Assembly: GCF_009914755.1 (NCBI RefSeq)
Contig: NC_060926.1
Length of the DNA stretch: 64,000 nucleotides
Source of the DNA: the human T2T-CHM13v2.0 reference genome, Homo sapiens
Direction: 5' to 3' (one strand)
Part shown: positions 36,041 through 60,699 of the stretch, piece after piece
Layout: each line of letters starts with the position of its first letter
How positions within the stretch are numbered: the first letter of the stretch is position 1
The notes under the pieces: model-generated
The model's input: the letters and a program-made list of their open reading frames with translations, nothing else
Told to the model about the DNA's origin: nothing
Database searches by the model: none
Position numbers and translations under genes: made by a program

Positions 36041-37700
36041 GAATGGAAGACATGGCTAAAACATGAAACCTCCACAGCCTGGCCTCACTGAATATCTAGT
36101 CTCATCTCCCTCTCCTCTCGGAAATGGACTCTGGGCCTGAAGGAGTTCCAGGGACCTTACATGGCCCCAAACCCCCCTTCTTGGTTTTCCCACTTCCTTT
36201 ATCCCATCATTGCTGTCAACCAGGTTCCAGAGCAGGGACAGTTGACTGCCACCAGGCATCTGGCCATAACGTTGACATTGCTCCCCTTGTTATTCAGCCC
36301 AATTGACAAAAACTGAAGTCTTTCAAAAGGAACTTTTATTAAAAACTAAAGGAAGAAACTTAGCAAATAAGAGAGGTGTTCAAGCATAGGTTCCAGATTG
36401 AAACTGCAGAGCAGGTGACATCCCAGCTGAGGAGCAGCAGGAGCCAAGGCACCAGCCTGATGCTAACCAAGGGGGGTTCACTTTGGCCACAGCTCAGGGA
36501 GTATGGAGGGCAAGGGTGGGAGACAAAGCTGGAAGGATGAATTGGAGCCAGACAGTAAAGAGTGGACACTCACTGAAGATTTGTGAGCCCAAGAGACGTG
36601 AGCAGAGCCATGCCTTCAGAGGACTACTCTGGCATCAGTGTTCAAGTTCACTGGGGACCGGAAGAGCTTAGTGCGGCAACACAGCCAGTATTTTCCCAGT
36701 GCTTCCGTGTGCAGGCATGGGCCAAGAGCTTCCCTGGCTTTCTCCCGTGTATTCCCCTCACCCTTCTGCCAGGTGTGTGCTATTCTTAGCCCCATTTTAT
36801 GGATAAGAAAACCAAAGTTCAGAGAGGTTCAGAAACTTGTCTAGGGTCCCAAGGCAGTAGCTGGTGGGACAGAGATTTAAGCCCAGGCTGGCGTGAGAGC
36901 CTGCAGGCTGCAGCGGGAGTGGGGCTGAGCTTGGCTGATGGCAGAGGGTGCTCCTGGAGGTGGGACCTGCAGGAGTTGGGAACTCAGGAGGCATGACATG
37001 AGTAACCAAAGGCTGGTAACCTTGGACCCTAGGTAGCTGGGAGGATAGCGATGCCATTAACAATACGGGGAACACAGGCTGGGGGTAAGAGCAGATCATG
37101 TGTAGGGCGAAACTAGATTTTGCACGTGTCAGGAGGCACAACAAGATGATGTGGCTAGAACGGAAAATGATAGGGCATAGAACCAGACAGTTCCTGACCA
37201 GCCTTCCTCCAGGTGACTTTGCATTCCATACGCAGAGACATACTGTTGAGGGTTTGGGGCCTCCTTTCTCTTCGGCCACCTTCATACGTGACCTGTGAGA
37301 TTGTGGACCCACTTGAAGCTGCTTCTAGGTGCATGTCCAGAGAGCCAGAGGCTAGCTGCTCTCCATGAATCAGTCACCTCTGATGGGTCACCCATCGTGG
37401 CCAGCTCGCTTGGCATGGCCAGCTCGCTTGGCGTGGCACAGGCTACGCTTCTAATCCCCGTTACCTAATGAGTAAAGAAGTGTCTGTCTTATGTCTGTGT
37501 TACTTGCAGGACCTTTCCATTATTTAACCAAGTCAATAAAGAAACCAGTGTTTCCCAATTAAGGCTTTTGCTTCTTTCTGGTACCTTTTCAGCTTCTAAA
37601 TTCGTTTATTTCTGCAACACTGCTCGTGTGCTCTCAGACCCTGGCTGGGATGCACCACCCAGCAGGCTGACTCATGGCTCCTGCCCTCATTTCCACTCTG

Positions 37701-37814
37701 GTTTCTATGGAAATAGACATCCGATGGCTCAAAACAAGGTGAGGGCTTGTAGACACCTCATGATTCCTAGGCATTTATAAACCCTATTTGTCCAACATCG
37801 GTTGCCTTGGAAAC
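37701..37814. promoter_or_regulatory. Pair of RFX X-box-like motifs
   Basis: GTTTCTATGGAAAT (37701-37714) and GTTGCCTTGGAAAC (37801-37814) compared with the X-box palindrome GTTGCCATGGCAAC. Motif match only. Confidence 0.5.
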
Positions 37815-38104
37815 AGGTGCAGAAAAGGTTTTCTCTCTTATCTGATTTTTTAAAAATTTTACCAAAGCAGTGATGAGTTTTTCCTGTTATCACGGAATTT
37901 GGGAATAATAGTACATTTTATGTAGTGAAGCATATTTCTAGTTTTTCATTATTTGATAAATAAATGCATTCTACATTATTTCATTTTACAATATTTATTT
38001 AATAAATAAATACGTTTCTATCCATTTGATCAAATCACTATCACTTGGTATTCAAAGATGAAATGCTTAGCGTCTGGGTCTAGAAATATGACTGGAGAAA
38101 AAAT

Positions 38105-38200
38105 GTGTATGGCCTGCTGTTCCTTGCAACTTCAGAATTCGAGGCATCTAGGGCATAGATGTCTTGAATTCTGAAGTTGGAAGGACAACAGGCCATATAC
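38105..38200. repeat. ~45-bp-stem hairpin with 5-nt loop
   Basis: gtgtatggcctgctgttccttgcaacttcagaattcgaggcatcta-gggca-tagatgtcttgaattctgaagttggaaggacaacaggccatatac. Confidence 0.92.
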
Positions 38201-38626
38201 CACTTTTTACAATTTTTTTTTTTTGCAAAATCTAAGATGTTTTTTCCAATTGAAGTTAGAGTTTAAGTGATCAAAACTGATGTTTATGCTGAACCTTAGC
38301 AAGTGGGAAAATCCAACTAATTATTTCAGTCTTATACTATCCTGACCAAGGTTCTTGGCTTGCATCGCTGCTTGGTTTTAAGAGCTCAGGGTCTGTTTAC
38401 TCAAATTGAGCCATTTTATATCTAAATTCTGTGTGCCATCCATGTTATGTAAAATATGGAGCATGTCTGTTATAGAAAACATAGAAATAGAAGCAATTTT
38501 CTGTTAATCGTGAGCAAGTAAGCAATGCACCATACTCGGTTTAGTGGAGTGACGAGGACTACATAACTAACTGATAGTCATTCATTAAGCATTTGTTAGG
38601 CATGGTGTATTAAAGTTCAGCTATGG

Positions 38627-40289
<1,663 letters not shown>

Positions 40290-40519
40290 TATTGTGCAGG
40301 GGTTCTGATGGTTCCTTTCCGCAGAGAATCCCTTCATCCCTTCAGAGGAATGTAAGAAGGCAGATTCACCCAATCCCAGCCTGGAGAATTTTCACAAAGT
40401 GCATATACCTATGTAATTCAGACACCACCCACCCCCTCAAGTTCTTGACCTCTTCTTGAAATTTATATAAATGGAGTTATTCAGTATAATATACTCATGT
40501 GTCTGGCTCATTTGATCAA

Positions 40520-41017
40520 TGTTATGTTTGCTAACCCCCAAAAAACTACCCCAAATCTTAGTGGCTTAAAAAACAATAATATTTTCCTCCCAATTCTGTG
40601 GGTTGGCTTGGCAGGTCCTCTGCTGGTTTCACCTGGACTTACTCATGTGGCTTCATTCGGCTGGATGTCAGCTGGGCCGGAAGGTTCGAGGTGGTTTGGC
40701 AGTTGGTGCAGGCTGCCAGTGCAGTGTGCCTCAGTTCTCCGCCACGTGACTTCACTCCTCCAGTGAGCTGGAACTGGGCATCTCTGAGTTCCAAGAGGTT
40801 GAAGTTGGAAGCTTCCAGTCCTCTTGAGGCTGAGGCTCCAGAATTCTCAGGGCCTCATTTCTGCCAAATTCTACTGTCAAAGTCACAAGGCCAGCCCAGT
40901 CTCAAAGGATTAGAAAAATAGACCCTTCCCTGCATGGGATGAGTGGCAAAGCCACATAGCAAAAGGATGTCCTTGCCAGGATGGCAGGAGTTTGTGGCGG
41001 TTAAACAGTCTGCTACA
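40520..41017. mobile_element. MLT1H-like LTR
   Basis: actaccccaaatcttagtggcttaaaaaacaa...gtcaaagtcacaaggccagcccag...gtggcaaagccacatagcaaaagga. Confidence 0.7.
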
Positions 41018-41519
41018 GGGAGATTCTTCTCCGAACAAACCGTTTGAAGATAGTCTTTGTGTGCAAAACAGCCTTTTACAGTTTCACACACTTTTTTTTT
41101 TTTTTTTTGCAAAATCTAAGATTTTTTTTTCCAATTGAAGTTAGAGTTTTGGTGATCAAAACTGACATTTATGTTGGCCCTTACTAGGTGGGAAAAGCCA
41201 GCTGGCTATTTCAGTCTTATACTACCCTGGCCTTACCACGCTCTATCCTCAGTTCTTAATTTCAGAAACGTTACCATTCTTTTTCTAACAAAAAAGTAGT
41301 ATTGTAAGGACTCAATGAACTAATCTGTATATTATCCTGAACAGAGTGCCTTGTGTGTATAGTATACATTCGGTTCAGGCTTGCTTTTTTGTTTCCTCCT
41401 AGTTCTCCCGAGTGGATCAAGCTCTGGGAATGTTGTAAAAACTGACTTGGCTAGAATTCATCTATTTAACAAATATGTATCAAGCACCTGTTATATGCCC
41501 AGGTCTATTCTATATCCTT

Positions 41520-47290
<5,771 letters not shown>

Positions 47291-49469
47291 CTACTCCTGT
47301 TCCAGGAACAGGAGTATATGCCTAGGGCCAGAAGTCGTTAGATCCTAGGGATATAGCGGTAAAAGCAAAGCAGACATCCTATTTGGAGAAAGCAAGCCTT
47401 CAACAAATAAGCAGAGATGATAGCCAGGTGACCATGAGTGCTTTGAAGAGCAGTGGGGCAGAGGGAAGAGCAAGTGGCAAGGTCCTGAGGCAGAAGCATA
47501 TTGGGGGCCTTGCGGGAACAGGAAGAAGCAGGGAGGGAGTTGGATATGAGGTCAGATCACCTAGGGCCTGGGGAAGGACCTTGGCTTCTATCCTGAGAGA
47601 GGAGGGAAGCTGTTAGAAGGTCACTTTCATTTTTAAGTGATCAAAGTGCTAGTTTACTAATTTACAGTGAGAAATAAAACTGCCTGAGTGAGGTCAGTAA
47701 GTCACTGACTGGGCTGGGCTATTCCTGGGACTTGAACTGAGCCCAAAGGCGCTGGGACCAGGTAGCCTTGTAGAGCTCATGAACATCCAGGTGGAAGTGG
47801 CCATTGGGCTCTGCCAAGTGTCCCCCATCCTAGGATCAGGAGCCCTGTTCGGGTCCTGATTCTGCCATGTACAAGCCTTAGTTTCTCTAAATGGGCTAAA
47901 ACTAACTGCCACGAACCTGAGCAATGCTCAGCCCAGCATCTCACCCCCATGCTAGGCACTAGTAAGGGGTTCTAACCCAGATGTGGGCATAACAAACACC
48001 TGAGGCTCATAAATCACCTGGCGGTCCCAGGCGCCCATGCTCCTTAAACTGCTAAGTGACCAGGGACTCTTCCTCTCCCTTACACTTTGCTGTCATCTTC
48101 CAGATGGTGTCTACACACTGTGGCTCATCGTTCTGGAAGTCACTTTCATCTTCCCCTTCATTTCCTTTCTGCTCCACATCCTGGCTTAAGCCTCACACCC
48201 CTCTCTGTACTAACTTCCCAGCCTTCGGTCTCTGGCCCTCCCAGCTTGTCCTGCATGTGGCCACCAGACCATCTTCTTAAAGCAGAGCTTGGACCACACG
48301 GGGACATGATCACTTAATTTTTAAATTAGGGAACATTTTAAACTTTTCAGAAAGAACAGAAAATAATATAACAGACAGCTGTGGCTGTATCCCTTCCTCT
48401 CCCTCCCCTCCTTCTCTCCCCAGAATTAACCACTATCTTGAAGTTGGTGTATTAATTCCACAGATGATTCTGTACTTTCATAATATACACTGTTATGGTT
48501 TTTAATTTTACATAAGTGGCTAGTATTATATGAATTGTTTACTGGCTTGCTTTTTTCATTCAACATTATGTGTTAGAGGTTTACTCATCCCAATACCCAG
48601 TTCACCCACTTAGCTGCTGTATGTAGTATTTCATTGTCAGAATAAGCCCCTGTGTGTTTCTCCTTCCTTTCCTGTGTTTTCCACAGTGCAGCAAAGAGCT
48701 TCTTCATCCTCGTGTCCTTATATGCCCTTGAGTGCTTCTCTGCAGCTCACACCTAGATGTTGAATTGCTGATGCAGGGGGATGAGGGTCTCATCTTTACT
48801 AAATCCTGCCAAATTGCTCCCCAAAGGGCTGACCCATTTGCACATTCACATGATGCCTTTTAAAACACTTTCTTGCTCCCCATCACTTGGCACAATCTCA
48901 AGTTGCTAACGGTAGTATTCAAAGCCTCACTCATTAAGACCCTGTCTACCTTTATATTTTTATTTATATTTGTTTTTTCATCTGTAAAAATAGGGATAAA
49001 TCATCATGACAGAGATGTGAACAGCAAGTTCATCTGTGGCCCCTCATGGACAAAAAAAAAAAAAAAAGATAGTGTCCTTTCCTTCCTTTTCTTCCGTATA
49101 GTGTCCACTCGCTGGTCTTTCTTCTGGAGCTATATAGAATAAGCCTAATCCAGAAAAGGCAGTGGCAGGGGGTGGCATTAAAGCCAAGGCTGGGACCTGT
49201 CTTAATCCCTGGTAGGCATCTTATTGGCAGGTGAGCTGATGGTCACAGCTCACTGAGGTATTGGATCACATCCTTGTCTTGTATCATGTGTGCATTTGAT
49301 CAGCATGCTCTTCCTGTCCTTATTCCAAGTCCAAGGCAACAGGGAACAGGTGGGGCCAAGCATGGAAGCCTCTCTATACCTGCCAGAGACCCACAAAAAT
49401 GATAGATGCATGGTTAATACTTGCTGAATGTCGAGTCAGTGACTGGCAGAATCTGAACACCAAGAAAGG

Positions 49470-49680
49470 GTTCAGAAGCTAACTCCCTGTGTTTGAGTCC
49501 TGCCTGACAACTTACCAGCTGTGTGTGGCTTTGGGCAAGCTGGTGAACCTCACCAAGCCTCAGTGTTCTCATCTGTAAAGCGAGAATATTAATACCCTTT
49601 TCATCAGGTGCTTGTGAGGATCAAATGAAACAATCCATGTCAAGTGCCAGGCAGACTCAATGCCTGTCAGCTGTTTTTAA
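49470..49680. mobile_element. MIR
   Basis: acttaccagctgtgtgtggctttgggcaag...gcctcagtgttctcatctgtaaa. Confidence 0.8.
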
Positions 49681-52611
49681 CGCCGCCCTTGCGATCTAGA
49701 GACAGACTGGCCTGACTGGTCTAGAGGCAAGCCGAAGTCTGCTGGAGTGGAGGTTCCTCATGTGCTGCCTGGCCAGAATTAGAGAGAGCCAAGGCCAGGG
49801 CTGGCCCGGATGGAGCGGGGATGGAAAGCAGCTGGCAGAGAAGTAGAGCACCCTCAGTGGGGAAAGGAGGGGTGGGAGGAGGCTGGTCCCAGGCCACACT
49901 TTGGGTAGCAGCAGCCTGGGAGTTTTTCCTGAGGTTTTTTCTGTGAAACTTTAAGATTCATCTAAACAGTATTTCAGAACATAGACATTATATTGAATAA
50001 TAGTTTTTTTTGTCTTTATGACATTCCTGCTGGCATGTAAGAAAATCCCTTCATTGGGTCAGGAGTGTGTCCAGTCCTGGAGTGGTGGTTTCTTCTTAAC
50101 TAGCCCATCTTCACTTGCTCCAGGTTGGGGCGGGGACATACCCTGCCTTGGTCCCTAGGTCTTTTGTTCCCCTTTGCCCGTTGTGTCCTGAGCACACTCT
50201 TAGGATCCTGTTTGGAAGGGGCCCTGATTTCGGTTACCCTCTTCCTCTTCTCCATGTGAAGCGCGGTGTCTGTGGTACTGCTGGGGCACTGGGTCCCTCT
50301 CCCTCTAACCTCATGGAAGCTTTCTGCTCTTTCACTTCCTGTCCCACTGAGCCTCCAGGTCTTCTCTTATTGGGTGTATTAAATATTGCGATAAGCCCTG
50401 CTTTTCCTAGGGCGACTTTGCCATCATCTCCACATTTCTTGCTGTTTTTGCTTAGAGTACAGAAAAAGTTTAAGCAAGTAAACTGAGCGGCGAAAGCAAG
50501 AGACTGGGAGAATTAGGGAAGTAAAGGTTGTTTGGGTTCTCCGGTTTCTGTCATATCCTTATTTAATGAACTGGTCTGGTTGTGAAACCAACTGTCATAC
50601 CCTGGGCTGCATTTTTGTGAATGGGGAAATGAATGTAGAGGGAGACTTCTCCGCGTCGCGGGGAGCCCTCAAGGATCCCGGACGTGCTTCCATCTGCAGT
50701 CGTGGGCACGTGCTCAGGAGGAAAGCTGCACACGTGGCCAGGGCCCATTCCACTGGGGAAGTCAGCGCCTCACGCTGCCTGGCCTGGTCACCTCAGTCCA
50801 CCCTCGCTCTCCCATGTGGAGTGTTTTTCCCTTATTTTCACAAAGAGTGAGATTTACAATTCAGCGTTCTGAGAAGGTGTCTCAAATTTAAACTACTTAT
50901 AGAAGTCTTATAATTATTTCAAGTGGAAAGCACACCGGATACTTTCACTTGTCATGTGTAAAACCGCCTGAACACATTCTGCTCTGCATTCTATCTGTAA
51001 GAATCTGAGTTTTCAAATGCATTTAGTGGTCACCCTTAGTTTTGTTTTCAGGCCAGTTGCTTAGAATCTGGTTTGTCTGGAGTATTATGTATCGAAAGCC
51101 TCCAGTTAAGCATCTTGTAATGTCATAAGGTCACCAAGCTGCCATGGGGAAGCTTCGCATTAGGACATCTAAATTCATCTCAGCTCGAGCGCCTTTTTTA
51201 TGAGGCATTCTTAATTTCTTGAAGTAATCAGTTATCACTGAGCTCTAACATTAGTAATCTGATGCATTCTGCTCTGGTACATAAAGACCAGTAATTTTAG
51301 TCAAATTCCTCCAACAATGGTATTTAAGACCCACCCTAACGAGGCATTTATTCTTGAGTATTTCTTTATCCATCACTCCCTTACTTCACAAAGTAGATTT
51401 TAAAATATGTCGTTTCGTTTGGAATTCACAAGCAGCTCAGACAAGTTAGCACAGTGGCTGGTGCCCTTGTCGCCCAGTGCACCCAGCACCTTGCCAGGCT
51501 TGCATTGAGAGAGGCTAGCAGAATTCTTTCCCCGAGCAGGGCACGGTGGCTCATGCCTGTAATCCCAGCACTTCAGGAGGCTAAGGTGGGAGGAATGCTT
51601 GAGGCCAGGAGTTAGAGGCTATAGTGAGCTGTGATCATACCACTGCACTCCAACGTGAGCTACAGAGCAAAAACCTGTCTCTTAAAAAAAAAAATGGGGG
51701 GAGAACTGATGGCAGCAGTGGCTCCCCTCCCAGCTGGAAGGCCTGAGTTGGCATTCTCAGAGGGTGCCTCTTGGCCTCACCTCTGGGTTTGCCCATTATT
51801 AAAAGTCCAGATACATCCTCAGAGTTGTTTTCATCTGCCTGGCACTGATTGAGAAAGTGGAGCAAGCGCCTGCTATCAGCAAGCTTCATTGCTGGGAGGT
51901 TCTCTGCTTACATTTCCCACCGCAGGTAGTGGGCTCCTCTGCCTGCAGGTGTTACTGGGAACGGTTGAATGAAGCTCTGGCTTCTTTGTTAAGCTGCCCT
52001 TCCCACCTCAACTAGCGCAGCTCAGTTTGCTTCCGCTCTCTCCCCTCCCAAGCCCTAAGGATGCCTCCGTTCCCTTTTCGCCGGTTTCAGTGTTTCTCAG
52101 AAACCATGGCAGTGACTTGTTTATATCTACACAGTATCATGGCGTTCCAAAAGCAGAGAATTTAAGAAATTTCTTCCATCAGTAAGTCATGATTTTAAAG
52201 GAGGCAGCCAAGTGATCCCATTTACTAGCTAGAGAAAATGAGGCGCTGACAAGAATCATGTCTTTCTGAATTAGAACCTTGGTACAAAACTTTTTAAACC
52301 AAGAACCATCAATTTGGTGATGATTTTCACCTCAGTTTTCTTACATCTATGCATTTGACATTGAAATAACAATAGCGTTTGCCTGCATGTTGCACTAGAG
52401 AAACTGAGGCAGCGGAAGCCAACTGTCCCTGTTGTGAGCAGGTCAGCTGCGGGGCCCTGGTTCTGCCCCAGGCCCCCTGCTCACACTGCTAAGCTGCAAT
52501 TCAAGTTAACTTTTATTAATGGGTAGCAAATATTAGGAACAAATGCAGAAACTGTCCTGTGTTTCTGGAGGTTAGGGAGGGCCTATCAATTCTCAGCAAA
52601 TTTAATTGTAA

Positions 52612-53750
<1,139 letters not shown>

Positions 53751-55769
53751 TGGAATAAATAACTTTAACTTGTGATTGAGATGTGTTGTTTGCTAGTTTG
53801 TGTTTATGTAAGTTGATTTGCAAGTAAATGGGTCTTACATATGTACTTGTCCAGGATAAAGAAACACTTTTGCTGGCATTGACTGAAGTTAGCCATTGAC
53901 TATGTGTTTCTCGTTGAAATGGAATATGGACATTTATTTTGTTTCTTAATGTTTCGTATTCCCTCCTGGCAGGGAAGTAGTGTCTCACCAATACCTTGGT
54001 GAAACTGTGATTCCAATGCCCATTTCCAGCTGGGGCCTCTGAGGCTCTGTCCCCTGGAGAAGAGGTGAAACACTACTCCATGCCCAGAGCTCCCTGCCAC
54101 TCACTCAGACCACAGAGCTGCTGCTTTGGTTCACAAGGAGTACTCATTTTCCTAAAATTCATCATAAAATGCACACACACCCTTTGATCACTGAGATGTT
54201 GTTATTTTGGTGAAGTACTCTAAGCCAAGGCAACAACCTCAATCTTCCGTAACCGTCCCAGAGTTGACTTGGGGTAGGGCCTCACAACAGGATTACCTTT
54301 AAGGAAATTTCAGGACAGCGGGTCTGCTAGCACTTGGCAGAGCTGGCAACTCAGGTGCAGCAGCAGAAGAAGGTGGCTGCCCTCACCATAGGGCATGAGT
54401 CCCAACTAGAGCTTAAATCGCAGTGGTAACTGTGAGCCTGGGCCCTGGGTGGGGCAAGAGTGGATTCTCCATTTGTGATTAGACAAGAGAAGGGGAGAGA
54501 GAGGGACGAGACCCTGAACTTCAGATGCCACTATAGCCCTCCCTCCCATTACTCTCTGTGTCCTGTTGAGCTCAGTCTTAGCCAGGCAGCAGGGACCCAA
54601 GCTGTCCAGCCTGTACCTCCTCAGAAACAGGCTTCTTCTGTGGGGCCCCAAGAGGCCAAGTCAAAGACCTGGGCAGAAAGGGGCTGCCCCAAGCTTAAAG
54701 TCCAGACTCCTAGACTCAGAGCTGGGCTACTGCTGTGGATTTGTCACTTCTCTGGGCCTCTGTTTCCACACCAGGAAAATCCACACCAAGCCATTGTGAA
54801 AGTTAAGATGTAAAGTGCTATGGAAATGTAAGGTGGGTTCCTTAATTATTCTATGACAAGGGACATCAAATAAATGCCCCCAAATGCAAGCTAGCAGGAG
54901 CAGCATCTCCTCAGTAGCCCCTTCCCTGAGTAAGATGGTGCTGATTGTTGGAAAAGGCTCTGGATTGATCTGGGGCCTGCCTCTTATTCTGCTGGTTCAG
55001 GCCTGTCTTTGGGGACGGCCTAGAGTAAGTCGAATCCCCTTTTCTTAGGACAGCCCATCCCAAGGTGACACCATCTAGTGATGGCAGGTGGCACTGACTA
55101 TGTGGTTGAGAGAGTGGAGAGGCGGGGTAGCTTCCCCCAGCGCAGCCCTAGGACAGGCAGCATCACATTTCAAGGCCCAGTTCCCAGCCACAACCTGCCT
55201 TCCAGGCCCAGGAGGTTGAGCCTTCATATTCCTTGGAAACTGACTGGGGCAAATCAAACTCACCAAAGACCAGAACATCCTGAATAACTAGAAATTAGTC
55301 GGAAATGAAGACAGGGTACTCATTTTTGCAGAATAGAGCTTTCTCTGCCTGTTGGCAAGTGTCAAGGAGCCAATTATAGTCATTAGATTGTTGGGTGGGC
55401 CAGGAGTCAAAGGGAAGGACTGGCTAGATGATCTTAGGGAACACTGTCACCAGGAGATGATGGCCTGCCCTCCCCCTGCACCCTTAGACCACTCCAGCAC
55501 TTGGCTGCCACCTTCCTCCAGGGCCCCTCCTTCCCATTTTTCCCTCCATAGCCAGCAGCTTCCCTCTTTCTGAGTTAATATTTGTATTGCTCTTTGTAAT
55601 TTAACCTGCAAAGGACAGTCTAAGGTTGGCCGGAAGCTTTGGCAGGGACGAGGAAGGGGCAGTGCACGCTCCCCCATGATTGTGTGTGCCGTTCGGTCGG
55701 CGTTCGAGTATACAGAGCCTTGTGACATCTCACATATGCTCGTTTTTTAATTTTTAACTCTTCTGTTTT

Positions 55770-59825
<4,056 letters not shown>

Positions 59826-60285
59826 AGAACGGTGCTGCCCTTTTTGCTGAGTCTTGTTACTTATTGGCTGTAAACGTTCTTGAGATGAGCAGACCTGTTC
59901 TAGAGTTCCCTATCCCCCATAAGGCCTGTGTATGACTGACTGGCTGTTCTATATGGTGCCTTGATCTCACAGAGAGAGAAGTTCTGAGAACTGTGATTAG
60001 GAGAGACTTTAAAGAGCCTTCTGGAACCTCCGCACAACTAAGCAGTGGAGGCTCCCTAGCTCCCTAGCTTCCTGAAGAGGCTGGTTGGCCTTGTCCCTTT
60101 GGTCTTCATGGAGAGGTTGGGAGCAGAGGCAGACTGCCCCTGAGCCCCCTTGGAATATAAGCCTGCAAGTTGCTGTGATTGGCCGAGGCCTTCTTGTTTC
60201 ATGACAGCTACACATTCTGGGGAGCCACGCCTTGGGAGCTTGTGTCAGGGTGTCCATGGCATTCACCCCATGTCTCCTGAAACAG

Positions 60286-60390
60286 GAGGACCATGACATC
60301 ATGGAAGCCGATCTGGACAAAGACGAACTGATCCAGCCCCAGCTCGGAGAACTCTCAGGAGAGAAGCTTCTGACCACGGAGTACCTGGGG
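60286..60390 (+). CDS. ARMC9: ARMC9 coding exon (105 nt, phase 0-0)
   Basis: ctgaaacag|GAG GAC CAT...CTG GGG|gtaagt. Encodes [35 protein letters not shown] and continues the acidic tract in frame. Confidence 0.95.
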
Positions 60391-60699
60391 GTAAGTGCCA
60401 CACAAAGGGTGGGGATCCTGAAACAGAAAGGCCAGATGGACATTGATGGATTTCGTGTTTTCAGTGACACAGAGGGTTTAGTTTGGTTTGTTACCATACT
60501 GTATTTATGAGAAGGTCCATGTTAGCCAGTCTGCTCTCAGTGGCCCTGAAATGCACTGTGGCCCTAGCTACCTGTCACAAGTAGACAGGTGTACGGATTG
60601 GGGAAAGATATAACTAGAAGGCATATGCCAGGGGCCTTTGGAACATCAGAAGATATGCCTGGCCCCAGTAGCAATTGCCTACCATCCCACTTTTTAATT

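Noticed and set aside
38264-38295. Possible C/D box snoRNA (gtgatc...ctga...ctga)
   Set aside because: No RUGAUGA box C, no terminal stem, and the spacing is too short.
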